From NCBI GenBank assembly GCA_905178155.1, contig CAJINV010000003.1, forward strand, positions 3,963,600-4,027,599: a stretch of 64,000 nucleotides of DNA, in the 5' to 3' direction. Shown in pieces: positions 1-12,200 of the stretch (its first letter is position 1; the number at the start of each line of letters is the position of its first letter). This stretch comes from Amoebophrya sp. A120. Taxonomy: Eukaryota; Protista; Dinoflagellata. The notes under the pieces were generated by a model that worked only from the letters and a program-made list of their open reading frames with translations, had not been told where the DNA came from and searched no databases. The position numbers and the translations under genes were made by a program.

Positions 1-1047
1 GCAGCCTTCTTCGCGCGCACGTACTGCCCCTCGAAAATACCCGAAGTCGTGTCACTCTGGAAAGAAGGTAAAATCTAGTGGTTCCTGGAGGTGTTGACGT
101 TGAGCCATTGATACTCCTCGCACAGCATTGGTTAATACCCGTCTTTGTGATGCTCTTCTTTTGAATTTAGTTTAGTACATGCCAAAATCAAAATATATCA
201 TAGCTGCATGCAAGAATCAAATGGATGCAGGTGAAGCTGAGTAAAAAATTCAGGGATCGCAACATGATAGATTGATTCTTGATTTGAAACAACAGACCTG
301 CGCACGGTAAACGAGAAGCTTTCCGCCTCCATTGCGCACCCGGAGGAGTTTCCCGATCTGTTTCCAGAGTATGCGCACCAGAAAACGGCGGAGCAAATAT
401 TGCGGAAAGTCCCGTTTTCCACGCTGCCAGCCAGCCAATACACGAGCGTAAAGGAGAAAACGAAAGACATAAACGTCCTGGACCAGATTGCCAAGCAGGG
501 CGGTGCCACCTTCGCCAAAGCCTGGTCTGAAGACATACTCGGGTTAAAACCCACAACGCCCTCAGCAGCAGCAGCGAAACCGGCTCCGATAACGACGAAC
601 GGAACGTCCTCCTCTTCATCCACAGCGACAAAGGCAGCTCCCACACCCAAGGCCTCAAAAGATGGAGCTGCACCTACTACAGGAGCACCCGCACCTTCCG
701 GTACAACTGCAGCGACGCCCACGGCAGCGGCGGCGCGAGTATCCTCCTCAAGCACGACACCTACGGCCGGCGCGGCAACCTCCTCGTCCAAAAACAGCAC
801 ATCTGGTGGAACAACCGGCGTACTACCGCCAACAACCGCGACGCCGACAAGCGCAGGAGGTGGAACCGCAAGCGCTACCGTCAGTACTACACCGGCACCA
901 GTAGTTCTAGCAGACACGACGAAACAAGATTTCAAACCGCCTACGCGGGCATCCGGGGATAAGAAGTCGGAATCCCCGAGTACCGACTCAAAGGAGGGGA
1001 GCTACGAGATCATACAAGACAGCGGTGACATGCCAAACGAGCCCTAG
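1..1047 (+). CDS. COPB2: Coatomer subunit beta' (beta'-COP), 3' part; exons 1-67 and 296-1047
   Basis: Spliced translation AAFFARTYCPSKIPEVVSLWKE-DLRTVNEKLSASIAHPEEFPDLFPEY matches the conserved beta'-COP C-terminal motif; GT-AG intron 68-295; low-complexity Thr/Ala tail. Confidence 0.85.
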
Positions 1048-2284
1048 CGCTTCGACAATCCTTCTCGTCAGTTGTCCGGTTCGAAGCGCACTTGATTTTT
1101 CTCGAGATCGAGTACTAGCAGCTCACCACGCTGATGAAGAAAGATTGGAAAGTAGTTATTTTTGTCGCTCGCGAATTTTATTTCTGCGATTTCCTAGAAA
1201 GAAAATTGGCTCGTGGGCTAATGACGTGTGACGAGTGTCATTTTTCCGAAGCGAGAAACCCTCGTGTCAAAAAAAACACTATACATGAACATGGGTTCTT
1301 GGAAAAAAACGTATTCCTTACGACCCACCCGGAAAAGTGAGAACTAGAAGAAGCATGAACATTCCCCTCTTCATAGGGTTTGTGTAATGTAGCAAAACTG
1401 TGAGAAAACAAAAGCGACATCAAAAACAGAAAAACGACCGTGCCGTCGTGCCGCCTCGCTGTGGCAGAGACTGACTCTTCTACCCGAGCCTTGTTAACAT
1501 GCATTCTTTTTTGTGTAGTCAACCTCTCGCCGAAGATCTGTTTTATGTGCCTCAGTTGATTCACTATGCTACGAATTGAAAGAATAAGAAGCGATCATCC
1601 CACATTCCGTGCTCCGTGCGTGGTCGGAAAAATCATAAGTGCAGCATAAGAGCTTCAATCGAAGGTCCGCGCGATGACAAGTATCTAGGATTTGATCTCA
1701 TTCCTGCTAGGGATCCTCGACATTGTCAACTTGGACGCCACAAAAGAGATCTCAAGTTGTGACGCATCGCTGGGAGAGGTTTCGTCGTGTGAGTGCTTGT
1801 AGTCAATGGTGGTAGGACTAGGATCTTGAACCTAGTAGTTCCTTCAATCGCAGACCGATCTGCAGACTCTTATTTTGTTTATCCCCGCCGTGAAAGGGCG
1901 TTTTATGAGGTCGCTTCTCTTTCGTTTTCGGGGGTTTCATATCCTTTTTTTTGGGTCTTTGACGGCGCGCACGGCTGCGGCAAAAGCTCCGTTAGAAATG
2001 AATGTGTTTCTGATTTTACGCAGTCCCGACGAGCAATTTCTCATTTACGAATTTTGCTATCTTGCTTGCGCATGATTGAAGATAAAAACAAGTCGGATAC
2101 ACATTTCACTCGCTACGTCTGTTATTTTGTGCCTACTTCATCTTTCATTTCCCATTTGTCGTTGTGTCAAAATGGTACCGAGCATCGACCAGAGCGCATG
2201 ACCAGAAAACAGCATCGCTGGCCTTGTTGTATTACCTTCAGCCAACTGCGCCTACCACTACTTGCAGTAAGCGTTAGGTAGGAC

Positions 2285-3177
2285 ATGATTCCGTCCCCCA
2301 ATGCCGCAGCATCGACTGGTACTACGAGCAGAAACGGGGGCACGTCCACGCCACAGAGTCAAAATACGCCAAATTACAACGGAACACCGGGAACTGGAAC
2401 AATCCCAAGCACGACACCACCACCGACTGTTCTTGCAGGAAGCAAGGATACGCAGTCGTCAAGCAAGGCAGGTGAGCACGACCAGGAAATCAAAATCTCG
2501 AAGGGCGAGAAGCTCCGGCCCGTGAGCTTGCGCCTGATCACGCGGCAACTAATCGAAAATCCGGAGGGGACCGTTGTGCGGATATCCGGACTCGGGCACG
2601 CAATCCAGGAAGCCGCCGTCATTTTCAACCTCCTGTTCGACTTATCGCAAGAAAAAACTGTTTCATTGTGAACTTGTGATGCAAAGAACGACACACCAAA
2701 GTGTTTGTCTTGCTACACCTGCAACACAATGGATTTCTAAGCGTGTTTTCCCTTGGGAAACGCGCATGGCAAATTTTCTGTGTCATGTGTAACAAACTTG
2801 TGATGCGATTCTTGCAAGAGCATCACAGTGAAACAGTTTTTTCGTGGGATACGACTACGTCAAAGTGCACAAATACGAAACCCGCTGGATCAAGAGCCTC
2901 GGGACCACTTACCGTGCCAAGGCAGAGTTTTTTCCCCAGCTCAGGATCCACTTCAGTATTTTTTATTTTTCTCACTTTTTTCTTCTTGGTCTATAGCTAT
3001 ACTCACAGTTCGGTGGATCCATGCCTGTACTTTTCCAAGCTCGTTCCCATTGTTCCAAGAAGAAATGAAATTATGCGTGTTCCTTTAATATATAATGGAT
3101 TGTAAGCCAATGGGCATGGCTCTGACTGGCGCGACGCTATTGTAGCATTTTCATTCACGTCGACCTCGACGTCTTGA
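2285..3177 (+). CDS. Putative Alba-like nucleic-acid-binding protein (3 exons)
   Basis: VVRISGLGHAIQEAAVIF resembles the Alba GxAIxxA motif. Frame continues (LFD-YVKVHKYETRWIKS) after removing element 2643-2851 plus one TSD; probable second intron ~2914-3106, then NGHGSDWRDAIVAFSFTSTSTS*. Confidence 0.45.
2643..2851. mobile_element. Introner element, TIR family E (209 bp), TSD CGACT
   Basis: Ends TATCGCAAGAAAAAACTGTTTCATTGTGA ... TCACAGTGAAACAGTTTTTTCGTGGGATA; CGACT at 2638-2642 and 2852-2856. Confidence 0.9.
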
Positions 3178-3364
3178 TTGTACTTCCTTAAATCATAACC
3201 ATTTTCATTCGGTTCCGCTTTCATCGTACCGATTCGTAGCGCCTTCGACTTGTCTTGAGTAGGCACCAGTTTCCCGACAGAAAATGGGCTCATCTTGCTG
3301 TTCAACCTATCCTGTTTGCTGTACGACTTCAGGTCGTGCTGCCGGATTTCGCATGCGGATTCCA

Positions 3365-5367
3365 ATGGCGCTGAAACCGGAGAAGGTCGCGTTTCTGGCG
3401 AAGCCGACCAGCTTCACGCCGATCTACGAAAAAGAGATACCTGACGAAGTGCACGTGGGGTCCGTCAATGCAGGGAGTGACCAGCTCTTCGTATTATAGA
3501 CCTGGGAGTGTTTTTCTTTTTGTCTTTGTTCATCTGTGATGTTTTTTTATGGTTCTTCACGTGTTCACCGTCACCGAGCTGTACACGACGTCGTGAAGAT
3601 GTCTGATGCACAATATTTTACCATTGCCACAGGTAGGCGGATCCGCAATCAACGCAGCGTTTAAGAGAGCCTTGGATGAGGCCGGCATCGAGACTGGCAA
3701 GTATCAGGACCTACAGCGAAATATCAAATGCAAATATGTCTGGGTCTGGAAGAATGCAGATTTTTGCCATGCTGTTTTTGCATGACACAGAAGGTCTGTC
3801 ATGGAAGCCCTAGCATCACAGATTTCGAGAACGTTCCGCAATGCTTAATCCGCATGACAAATCCCTCTGTTTGGTAACAGAAAATGGAAACCTTTTGCTG
3901 CCTATGCATCAGAGATTTGCGCGTGTTGTGGAATTCGCATCACAAGTTCGGATCCTTCCAGACCCAGACATTTTTGCATTCGACGCGAAAGCTGTGGAAG
4001 TCCGCTTCAGAGCAGCTGGATATCACAGGAAAAAAGTGTTGCAGTTACACATTTGTTGGAGTTTCTGCATTACAAAGCCGCTCGACATGGCAAAGAAAAC
4101 CTGTGATGCGCAGACTATAAGGGAAAACACGAATGAAATGAGGCTGGCAAGCATTTCCTGCAATACAGAGGTCGTCTGTCTTGCTTGTCTTGCATCAAAG
4201 TGTGTAACTGTAACACTTTTTTCTCAGGATACTGGACCGGGTCGTCCTAGCCGACGCCGAGACCTGCAAGGAACTCAAAGTAAACTATCTCTCTTGCAGG
4301 GCAAGCTACGCGGACTCCACCACATGCTCCTGCTTCTTGCACGTCTTCGAGCCGGCAGCGCGACCCATGGGAAACGCGAAGAATGCTGCCATGGTCTATG
4401 TCGTAGGACCGCGAGGTAAGTATAAGTAAGTTGTACTTCTGGCCCTGCTTCTGTGCATTTCCATTTGTCTTCACAAGCGGGAGCTGCTACATGTACCGTC
4501 TTTCGTATGTCAATGCTGTTTCACCTCCCCTGGTGTCGTGGTGAAAACACTGACTGTACGTTGCAAGATGATGTAGAGAACAAGTACAGAACTCATTCCA
4601 CCAAGAACGACCTGTATCCAGGTTCGGAGTGTGGATCGGGCGAAGATTTTCTGGAGAAGCTGCGCAACTGCGGCAAGAATGTAGTCGTGTCCGTGAACCA
4701 GTACAACCTGAAGCATGCCAAGAAGTACACGGAAGAGCTTCCGCGCATCGACCGGGTGCGGGTGTGTCTGGTGAGCGGCGGTATCTACAAGCACCCGGAC
4801 GTGGACAAAAACGACATTGCGCGTGCCCTGATGGAGGGGCTCTACTTGAATCCGAGTGCGCAGGTGGAGCATTCCCCGGTGTTTGAGTTCGCGTACGACG
4901 AAGACGCATTCAAGCTGGCATACGAAAAAGCGCTCTGGATTCCGATCAACGAGCAAAAAACCGTGAGCACCAAAGACCACGACTTGCGGCTGGTGCATCA
5001 AGAACGAGTCGAGGAAGGGCAAGGTGGAGAGGGAACAAGTGGGGAGGTGGTCCAGGACGAGGGCAGCAAGGACGGATCTTCGTCCCCGGGTGGTGGGGCG
5101 CGGGAAAGCAAGAAACCCCGCCTGATAACGAGGGAGCTGAGGGAGGTGGTTGTATCTGCAGGCAGCAACGCGACAGCCACAACGCCGGAAGGAACTAGTA
5201 CCGTCGGAGGAGGTGCTGGACAAGCCTCGGCAACGTCCCCCGTAAGCGACGACAATAAACCGGAAGACGAAGCAGATGAACAAAAAGACGGCGATCGATT
5301 CGTCTCCGCTGGATCAGTAAATCCAGACGAGGTGGTGGCCGGAGAGAATACGGGCAATGCCGTCTGA
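3365..5367 (+). CDS. Macro-domain-like protein, interrupted by two GT-AG introns (3491-3632, ~4416-4621) and two introners
   Basis: Spliced motifs VNAGSDQLF-VGGSAINAAF, MVYVVGPRG and VCLVSGGIYKHP resemble the macro-domain NAxN/GGG, H-x-V-G-P and S-x-G-I-Y motifs; acidic low-complexity tail. Confidence 0.7.
3722..3985. mobile_element. Introner element, main TIR, internal family A (264 bp), TSD CGAAA
   Basis: TATCAAATGCAAATATGTCTGGGTCTGGAAG ... CTTCCAGACCCAGACATTTTTGCATTCGACG; removal gives DLQR-KLWKSASEQ. Confidence 0.9.
4021..4231. mobile_element. Introner element, TIR family E (211 bp), opposite orientation to 2643-2851, TSD CTGGA
   Basis: TATCACAGGAAAAAAGTGTTGCAGTTACACA ... TGTGTAACTGTAACACTTTTTTCTCAGGATA; CTGGA at 4016-4020 and 4232-4236; removal gives EQLD-RVVLAD. 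Confidence 0.9.
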
Positions 5368-6249
5368 AACGTCTACGTCGTTGACTTCTAGTCGGGGCCA
5401 CGTCGTTCTTGCAGATCAGAATTCTACGTCTCGCTATAATTGTGGAGCACGAGCTCCTGCTCCCTGTTATTTGGTGCGATAGTTAGTAGAATTCTATTTT
5501 CCGTTAGCTGACAAGCACTTGGTCAAGGAAGTCATGCTACGCTGACAAATGCATCCACACGACGCGGCCCCAGCCTGGTAACATCGAAGCGATATATATT
5601 TCAGCCTCGAGCAATCACACATAGAATTGCTAAAAGGCTTCGCTGCGCTCATGTTTCTTCTACGTAAACGCATGCAAATTGACATAGTAGTACGCAACAC
5701 ACAAGGTCGTTAGGAAGACAGAAGATGGATGCACACACCTGTTCGCTCGAGTATATTCCTACAGTTGCGCACCTTTTGCTTTTCGAGTGTCGTGGTTTCT
5801 TTGCCACCGTCTCCACTTTCGCTGCAGAAGGCAGTAGAAAAGGACGCACGCACAGTTGCACAACCTTTCTGATAGATGGATCTCGATCGCAACCTTTCCA
5901 AATTACGGCTCAGGCGTTCTCTTCTGTGTTTTTCGCTTCGCCAATAAACTTCGATCGCTATCTGAGATCTTCTTTTCGATTGTTCTTTTTGCTTATTTTT
6001 TTCTACAGCGACGCCACTTGTCTTTGTCACATTCACGTAGCCGTACTAGCGTCTATTCAGATTACGACTGACTTTCCTCTTCTAGACCGCCTTTTTCCCT
6101 CACCTCATCCTCATGTAGCATCGTTTCCGAAATTATAGTAAATTTGCCTTCGACTCGGAACGAAATGAGTATAACAAGCAAGAAAACGTTGAAGTATCGT
6201 GTATGTTGGATAAAACACATGTGCTGCGACGTCCTAGAGTTGCAGTGTC

Positions 6250-9200
6250 ATGAGCAGCAATTCCTCCAGTTCGGCAGCGGGGAGGCAGCGGAGCAGTAGC
6301 TACATTAGGGGGCGCAACGCCAACGCGCGAGCGACTGCACAGCCACATGCTGCAACCGGAGGGAAGAATGCTGGGCAACACCGGCGAAACCAACAGCAAC
6401 AACCGCAACAGCAGCAGACCTACTGGTCTGGCACCTACGAGGCACATTGCGCCACGTACGACAGTAACGCCTGGGGCGCCAACGGATCAACCGCATCGCA
6501 AAGCGCGGCCGCGGTGCACACAAGAAATGGTACCTACCTAGATTTTTTTACTTCTTTTCTACGCTTTTTCTTTACTTGTTTTTGTTTCACTGCCCGAGTG
6601 GAATGCGGCGCTGCTCGGCTCTGGATGATTTGTAGCACCTGTTTGTCCTCATGCCAAGGACGAGAGCTAGGGCTGCGAGGGATTTGATATGTGACATTGT
6701 CTGCATGGATGCAGAAGTCAATTGAAATCAGTACACGTCGAAGTCATTATTTTATTCTATTTTACAGTTACATGGGTTGCCGCGTCCCAGGCTGTTGCTA
6801 CCGCTTCAGCGTCCTCTAACTCGTCTCACCGAGTGCAGTTGCACCAGCACTCCTCGTGGACGCCAGGGTCACCAGCTGAGGAGCAATCCTGTCTCACGAC
6901 GGGTCATTATAGCAGCACGACCTCCGCCGCGGTAGAACACGAGCAGGATAGCAGCCCCGTTCCGACGAGCCAGTGGGTAAAACCCGAGCACCTGCTGAAG
7001 AGCCATCCCGGGGTGCGATGGAACCCCTGCGATTTGCTGTTCCAGCTACAGCCAAAGCGCGAACGGGCGACGTCAAACTCGGGGAAGAACACGGGGCGCG
7101 ATCCGGGCGACGATCACGAAAAGGAGCTGGATCATGGAGCAGCACCTTCAGGAGACGACAGGGCGCAAAATGATGGTCGTGGCCCCGACGACGCTCCGCG
7201 TTCTCCCGGCCAAGTAAAGTTGACTTCCAACGAGAACGACAGAGCACACAAGATGGATGTGGATACTAGCATTGGACCAGCAGCCGACGGAACGCCAGCA
7301 ACAAGGGCAGTGGAAAAAAACGCCAACAATTCCTCCATCGCAGACCCGAAGATCGCAGGAAGTCCTGGAGTCGCGTCCGGAGATAAAAATATTATACGAG
7401 GAGGGAACGAAGTTTCGCCGAAGAGCATTGACAACCAGATTGAGGTGCGCGTTGACTCTGCTCCATCACCGCGTTCCAGATCTGAAGCAGGTGGCATCTC
7501 AACGGGGGACGTCGTATGGGAAATGCGGCCGCATTTTCGGGGCGTTCGCTTTCCCGAGCGTGACTTTGTACTTGACCTGTCGGAAGAACCCGGCGAGAAC
7601 AGCATGGTGGGTAGACACTCACATACCTACAGATCCACAGACCCGGGCCGCTTGGTACTCAAGTACGCAGCGAAGTGTAATGGCGTCGAGGACGCCCTGC
7701 AGCGACTTCACCGGACAGGGTTTCCCTTTGACCTGCCCCCGACCATTCCTCCCAAAGATGTGTTTTCGTCACGCGACGGTGCCCTCGTGCAAGAGATGAA
7801 TTCAAACGCCAGTTCCTCCTCCTCCTCCTCCTCGTCTCGCTCTGTGTCCAAGCGTGAAGATCTACCGGTACGAGCGGATCAAGACCAAGCTCCGTCTTCC
7901 GCTAGCGAACATTGTTCCTCGGACGAGGTGGAACGCGATGCTGACGTTCGTAATGCTGGCGCAGAAAAAACCAAAAAGAAAAAGCTGGCTTCTACTTCAC
8001 CTCGGCCGTCCTCCAGCAAAAGATCTGCGCAGATGACCTCTGCTCCAGTGACCACCACAGGGAATAATATTAAACAAGGTGAAGCAGGAGCAGGAGCCCC
8101 TCCTCCTCCATTGTTCGTCCCCTCCGGACGAACAAGCGGAGTACTACCAACGAGCGCCACGGCTAGTACAAGTGTTGTCGGTGCTGCTGCCAGCACACTA
8201 GGTAGTACGGTGTCGGTACCCGTTCCCCTAGCAGTGAAAATGTCGAAGTTGGAAGCTGATTCTCAACTCCTGAAAACGAACAAGACTACGACCGGCCAGC
8301 AAAAGCAGGCACAGCAGTCGAGTCCTGATAGTAGTTCGTCCCAGCAGCTGCAGAGTTTTAATGGTGCCGGTGGTCGTCCAGCGCAAGAAGTTGTCGCTGC
8401 AGCAGCAGCTTCGTCGTCGGCACGACCTTCAGATCAAGTTGTAAAACAGGAGGGCGCGGCCCAGCAAATGACCACGACTTCCCAGGCATCCGCCCCTGCT
8501 ACCACTTCTATGCGGCGCCCCAGAATCGCCGAACTGAAACAGAAGCTGCTCCGGCACAAGGAGCAACGACGGCAAGATACAACGATCGCTGTTTTAACCA
8601 CGGCCGACCAGCAGCAGCAGCAGCTACTTCATCAAGTGGAAATCGCGAGTGCCGGGTCTTCTACTCCAGCCGCTGCTAGAAGTGCAGCAGGTGCTGTCGG
8701 GTTTACACTACTTCCATCTGTCGCTCCGGTCGCCGCATCTACTGCTACCGCCACGTCCAGTCTGCTGGAACAAGTGGAAGCTGCCAGTGTCGGCGGAAGC
8801 GCCGTGAACAAGAACTCATTGCCAAATAAACCTAATTTCGAAATCGCCTCGACAACCCGAACCCCCTCGGGTGCGTCGTCGCGCGCCACGACTCCCGCGT
8901 TCTTCATCGCAAATTCGACAGCGTCGGTGCCCGTTCTACCAACGAAGCGGGAGCACCCCGGTGCTTCGGAGGTCTCCGGGGCGGTAAAAATGTTGAATAC
9001 ACCTGAGGGCGGCACGGCGAAGACGAGGACGCCGAAACAAAACATGCAGCCGCACCCAAGGTCGACCCTGCTGGTTCCACAAAATACTAACGTCGTGCCA
9101 AAAGTAGCAGCTGCAGCCAAACCCTTGGCGGATGCGGCCCCAGGACTCGCGACCGTGGTGGCTGCAGCGCCCTCGTCTTCGGATCACCTAACCGAGGGCG

Positions 9201-12200
9201 GGACAATCGTGCCCGCCCTTTCTCCAGCACTTGTTGATTTCGGGGCAGCCGGCGCAGGATCGGTCGTGACGGCTCCGGTGCAGGAGACGACTGCAGTCGT
9301 AGAAATAGAGGCTGACGACGACGACATTCTATCGTCTTCCGCACCGTCTGAGCAAGATGAACAAAACGAGGAGAGGGAAGAACCAAATGAAAACCCCGTC
9401 GTTGCGGCGCAAAAGAACCAAGAGCAGCTTTCCTCTCCCCTGAAGAAGCGATCCTCCAAAAGAACTGTTCTTGCCGAGAACGAAACGCGGCGAGATGAAC
9501 GTAGCCACGATAGAGCGACTAAAGAAAGTAGAAACTACGACAGGGCCGGGAGGACTTCGACTGCTGAGGAAGCAGCAGCTGCTGCGAGCGACAACCAGAA
9601 GAAAAAAAAGAAGAAAGACAAGAGAGAGGCGACAAGTGTGTCACTAGCTTCGGGTCTTCCGGATGAAATCGTGGAGACTGGGGAAACTCAAAAAGGCACC
9701 GGCGCCGGGAAAGGTCAACTGCAAAATGGTGTGGACAAGGAAGTAGATCATCTGCAACAAGGCTCGAAGGCGAAGAAGAAGCGGAAGAAAGAAATAGAGG
9801 ACGACGACGTTGAGCTGGAAATGCTCCCAGCAAAGAAAAAGAAAAACAAGCGGAAGAGGGAGGATCGTTCCGCGGAAAGGCGGGAGAAAGTCCCAAAAGA
9901 CGCACCACACGCAGACTCGATGGCGAGTCAGGCCAACGACGAACATCATGTTGGGGGTACGAGAAGTCAGGGCTTCCTGCCTGCGAAAATAAAGCACAGT
10001 AAAGACTACGACACGGAAGCCAGTGGTAGACACCGAGAAGATCCGGCGGCACTGGGCGACACCAGCACGGCGGGAGAATTACATCAAGCCGCGGGGAAAA
10101 AAAAGAAGAAGAGGAAATCGGACAAAAACACTGGTGCCCCCAAGGATCCGCCGGTACAAGAGATCCTCGAGCAGATCCGGCCGAAGCTGTCAGCTGCTTC
10201 AGATGGTGACCACGACGAGGCCGAAGACGACAACCTGCAGGAGGCAGCGGAGGAGGTTCTTCTGCCCTCGTCTTCTCGGACGCAGCAAAAGATCAAAGAA
10301 ACGCTGGACAAACTGAAGCCCGCTGCGGGCCTTCAAGCGCGACCGGAGGTTATAAAAGAGCACTCGCACAACTCGTCTTCCTCCTCGCGCTCAGGATGGA
10401 CCACCAGTTCCAGCCAGGAAAACGACGACAGTACCCGCCGCAAGAAACCGAGAGAGCCCAGCAACAAGCAACCGAAGTTGTCCGCGAAGGCTCTGCGGCG
10501 TCTGGAAAGACAATCGGAGAGAGAAAAAGAAAAGCGCGCGGTCCAAAAGCAGAAAGACGAGCTCAAGAAAGCCCTACTGCTCGCCCAGAAGCGAAAAGGA
10601 AAGAAAGTTGAGGACAAGGACCTGCGTGCGACCGCCAAGTACTTGCGTTTTTTATTTTTGTAGGATGTCAATCTCAATGCAAATGCTTTTCTACGATCAC
10701 GATTGAACAGAAACACGGGGGTCTTCTTTGTGTTTCATCCATTCAATTGCGTCGTGTGGAAATGTAAATGAACATGTTTACTCACTACTTTTGCTACGGG
10801 GCCGCGATAGCAGAGTGCAGCGTTCTTCTCTCCATCGATCGTGGACCGCGATGTAACGCATTGAGATTGTTTTCACTTAAGGTTAAGTGTAAGTAGTTAC
10901 CTTCGTGAGCAGCGACTGTACTTAGATAACTTTGAAAAACTAAATCAAAATCGCACAAAAAAAAATCAGGGATAAGGACAAGCGCGTTCCTGCTTCCGCA
11001 AAGGAAGCTGCTGCGACTGCCAAGCGCGGCCCGACGCGTCTTGTCCGGCCCCGGGAAGAGAAGACCAAGGATGGTCGCAAAGACGGCGTCGCGGTGCTCA
11101 AGAAGAGAAAACGCAAGGAATCTTCTCCGGTGGAGGAACCCGACACGGTATCAAGATCGAGTCAACGGCTATCTTTTTCCGAGCCGCCAAAGGATAAGGA
11201 GCGTCGCCTAAGAAAAGAGAGACAAAACGCGATAAGGCCTTCTCGTAATAAAGAACCAACGGGAAAAAGTAAGGACACGGCAGCGGTAGCGGTTTCCGCG
11301 GGCTTGCGAGGTCGGCGTAGAATGGACAAGAATTACGTACTTCCGTCGTCTAGATCGTCACACCGCGAAGCCGCTGCAACGGCCAGGTCTTCGTCTAGTG
11401 CGAGCAGGAGCAGCGCAGCCCCCGTGCAAAAGAGGATCAAGCGCTCGCCCGGACGGCGTGGTCCCAAGGATGGCCGCGACTATAATGATATGGTGCAGAA
11501 AAAAACCAAAAATCGCGTCGAGGAGCCGGGGCGCCACGGTTCGCGATCGCGCTCTAGAGCACGACGCCGGAACGAGATCGATGATTCTCGGAGACATGCC
11601 GCGGTGCGGCGCGATGGAGGCGAACAGTTGTACAAAGATGGTGCCGCGCGTTCTCACCGACGCAAGAAGAGGGAGGACCACTATCAAGATGACGAGGGAA
11701 GTGGTCATGCAAGCGCAGGAGCAGAGGACGGCAGCAAAGATCCGAATTATCATGGTAAAAAGCGCAGCTACCGGCGACCTCACTCCCAGTCTCGTCGGCG
11801 TGGGAGGGGGAGGCTCCGCGATGCCGGTGTAGCGAGCAAGTCACAGTCAGCAGGAGACCGCAGCTCCAAGGAGCGAGGTGGAAGGACCACGCGCCGGCGC
11901 GACGACGGCCGGGAAGCAGACAAGAAGAAGCCTGATCTTGGGCCTCGTGGATATGGGAAAGTAATCCAGACAGAAGACGGTGAGAATCGCCCGCCCCCCT
12001 TGATACCACTTGAGCTCAAAGACCCGGACGACAAAAAATCATCGAAACGAAACCGAGATCATGAGGATAGTGAAGGCAAAAAGAAAAAGAATGCCGCTTC
12101 TCGCGCCGGTTCAAGTAAAGCCAAAGACAAGAAGAACAGCAAAAATGACGAAGGCCCTGAGCGGACAAGTGAAAATAAAGAGACGAAAGCACGACCAGCT

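Noticed and set aside
198-935. Antisense ORFs over beta'-COP and other GC-rich genes
   Set aside because: Shadow frames of real coding sequence on the opposite strand.
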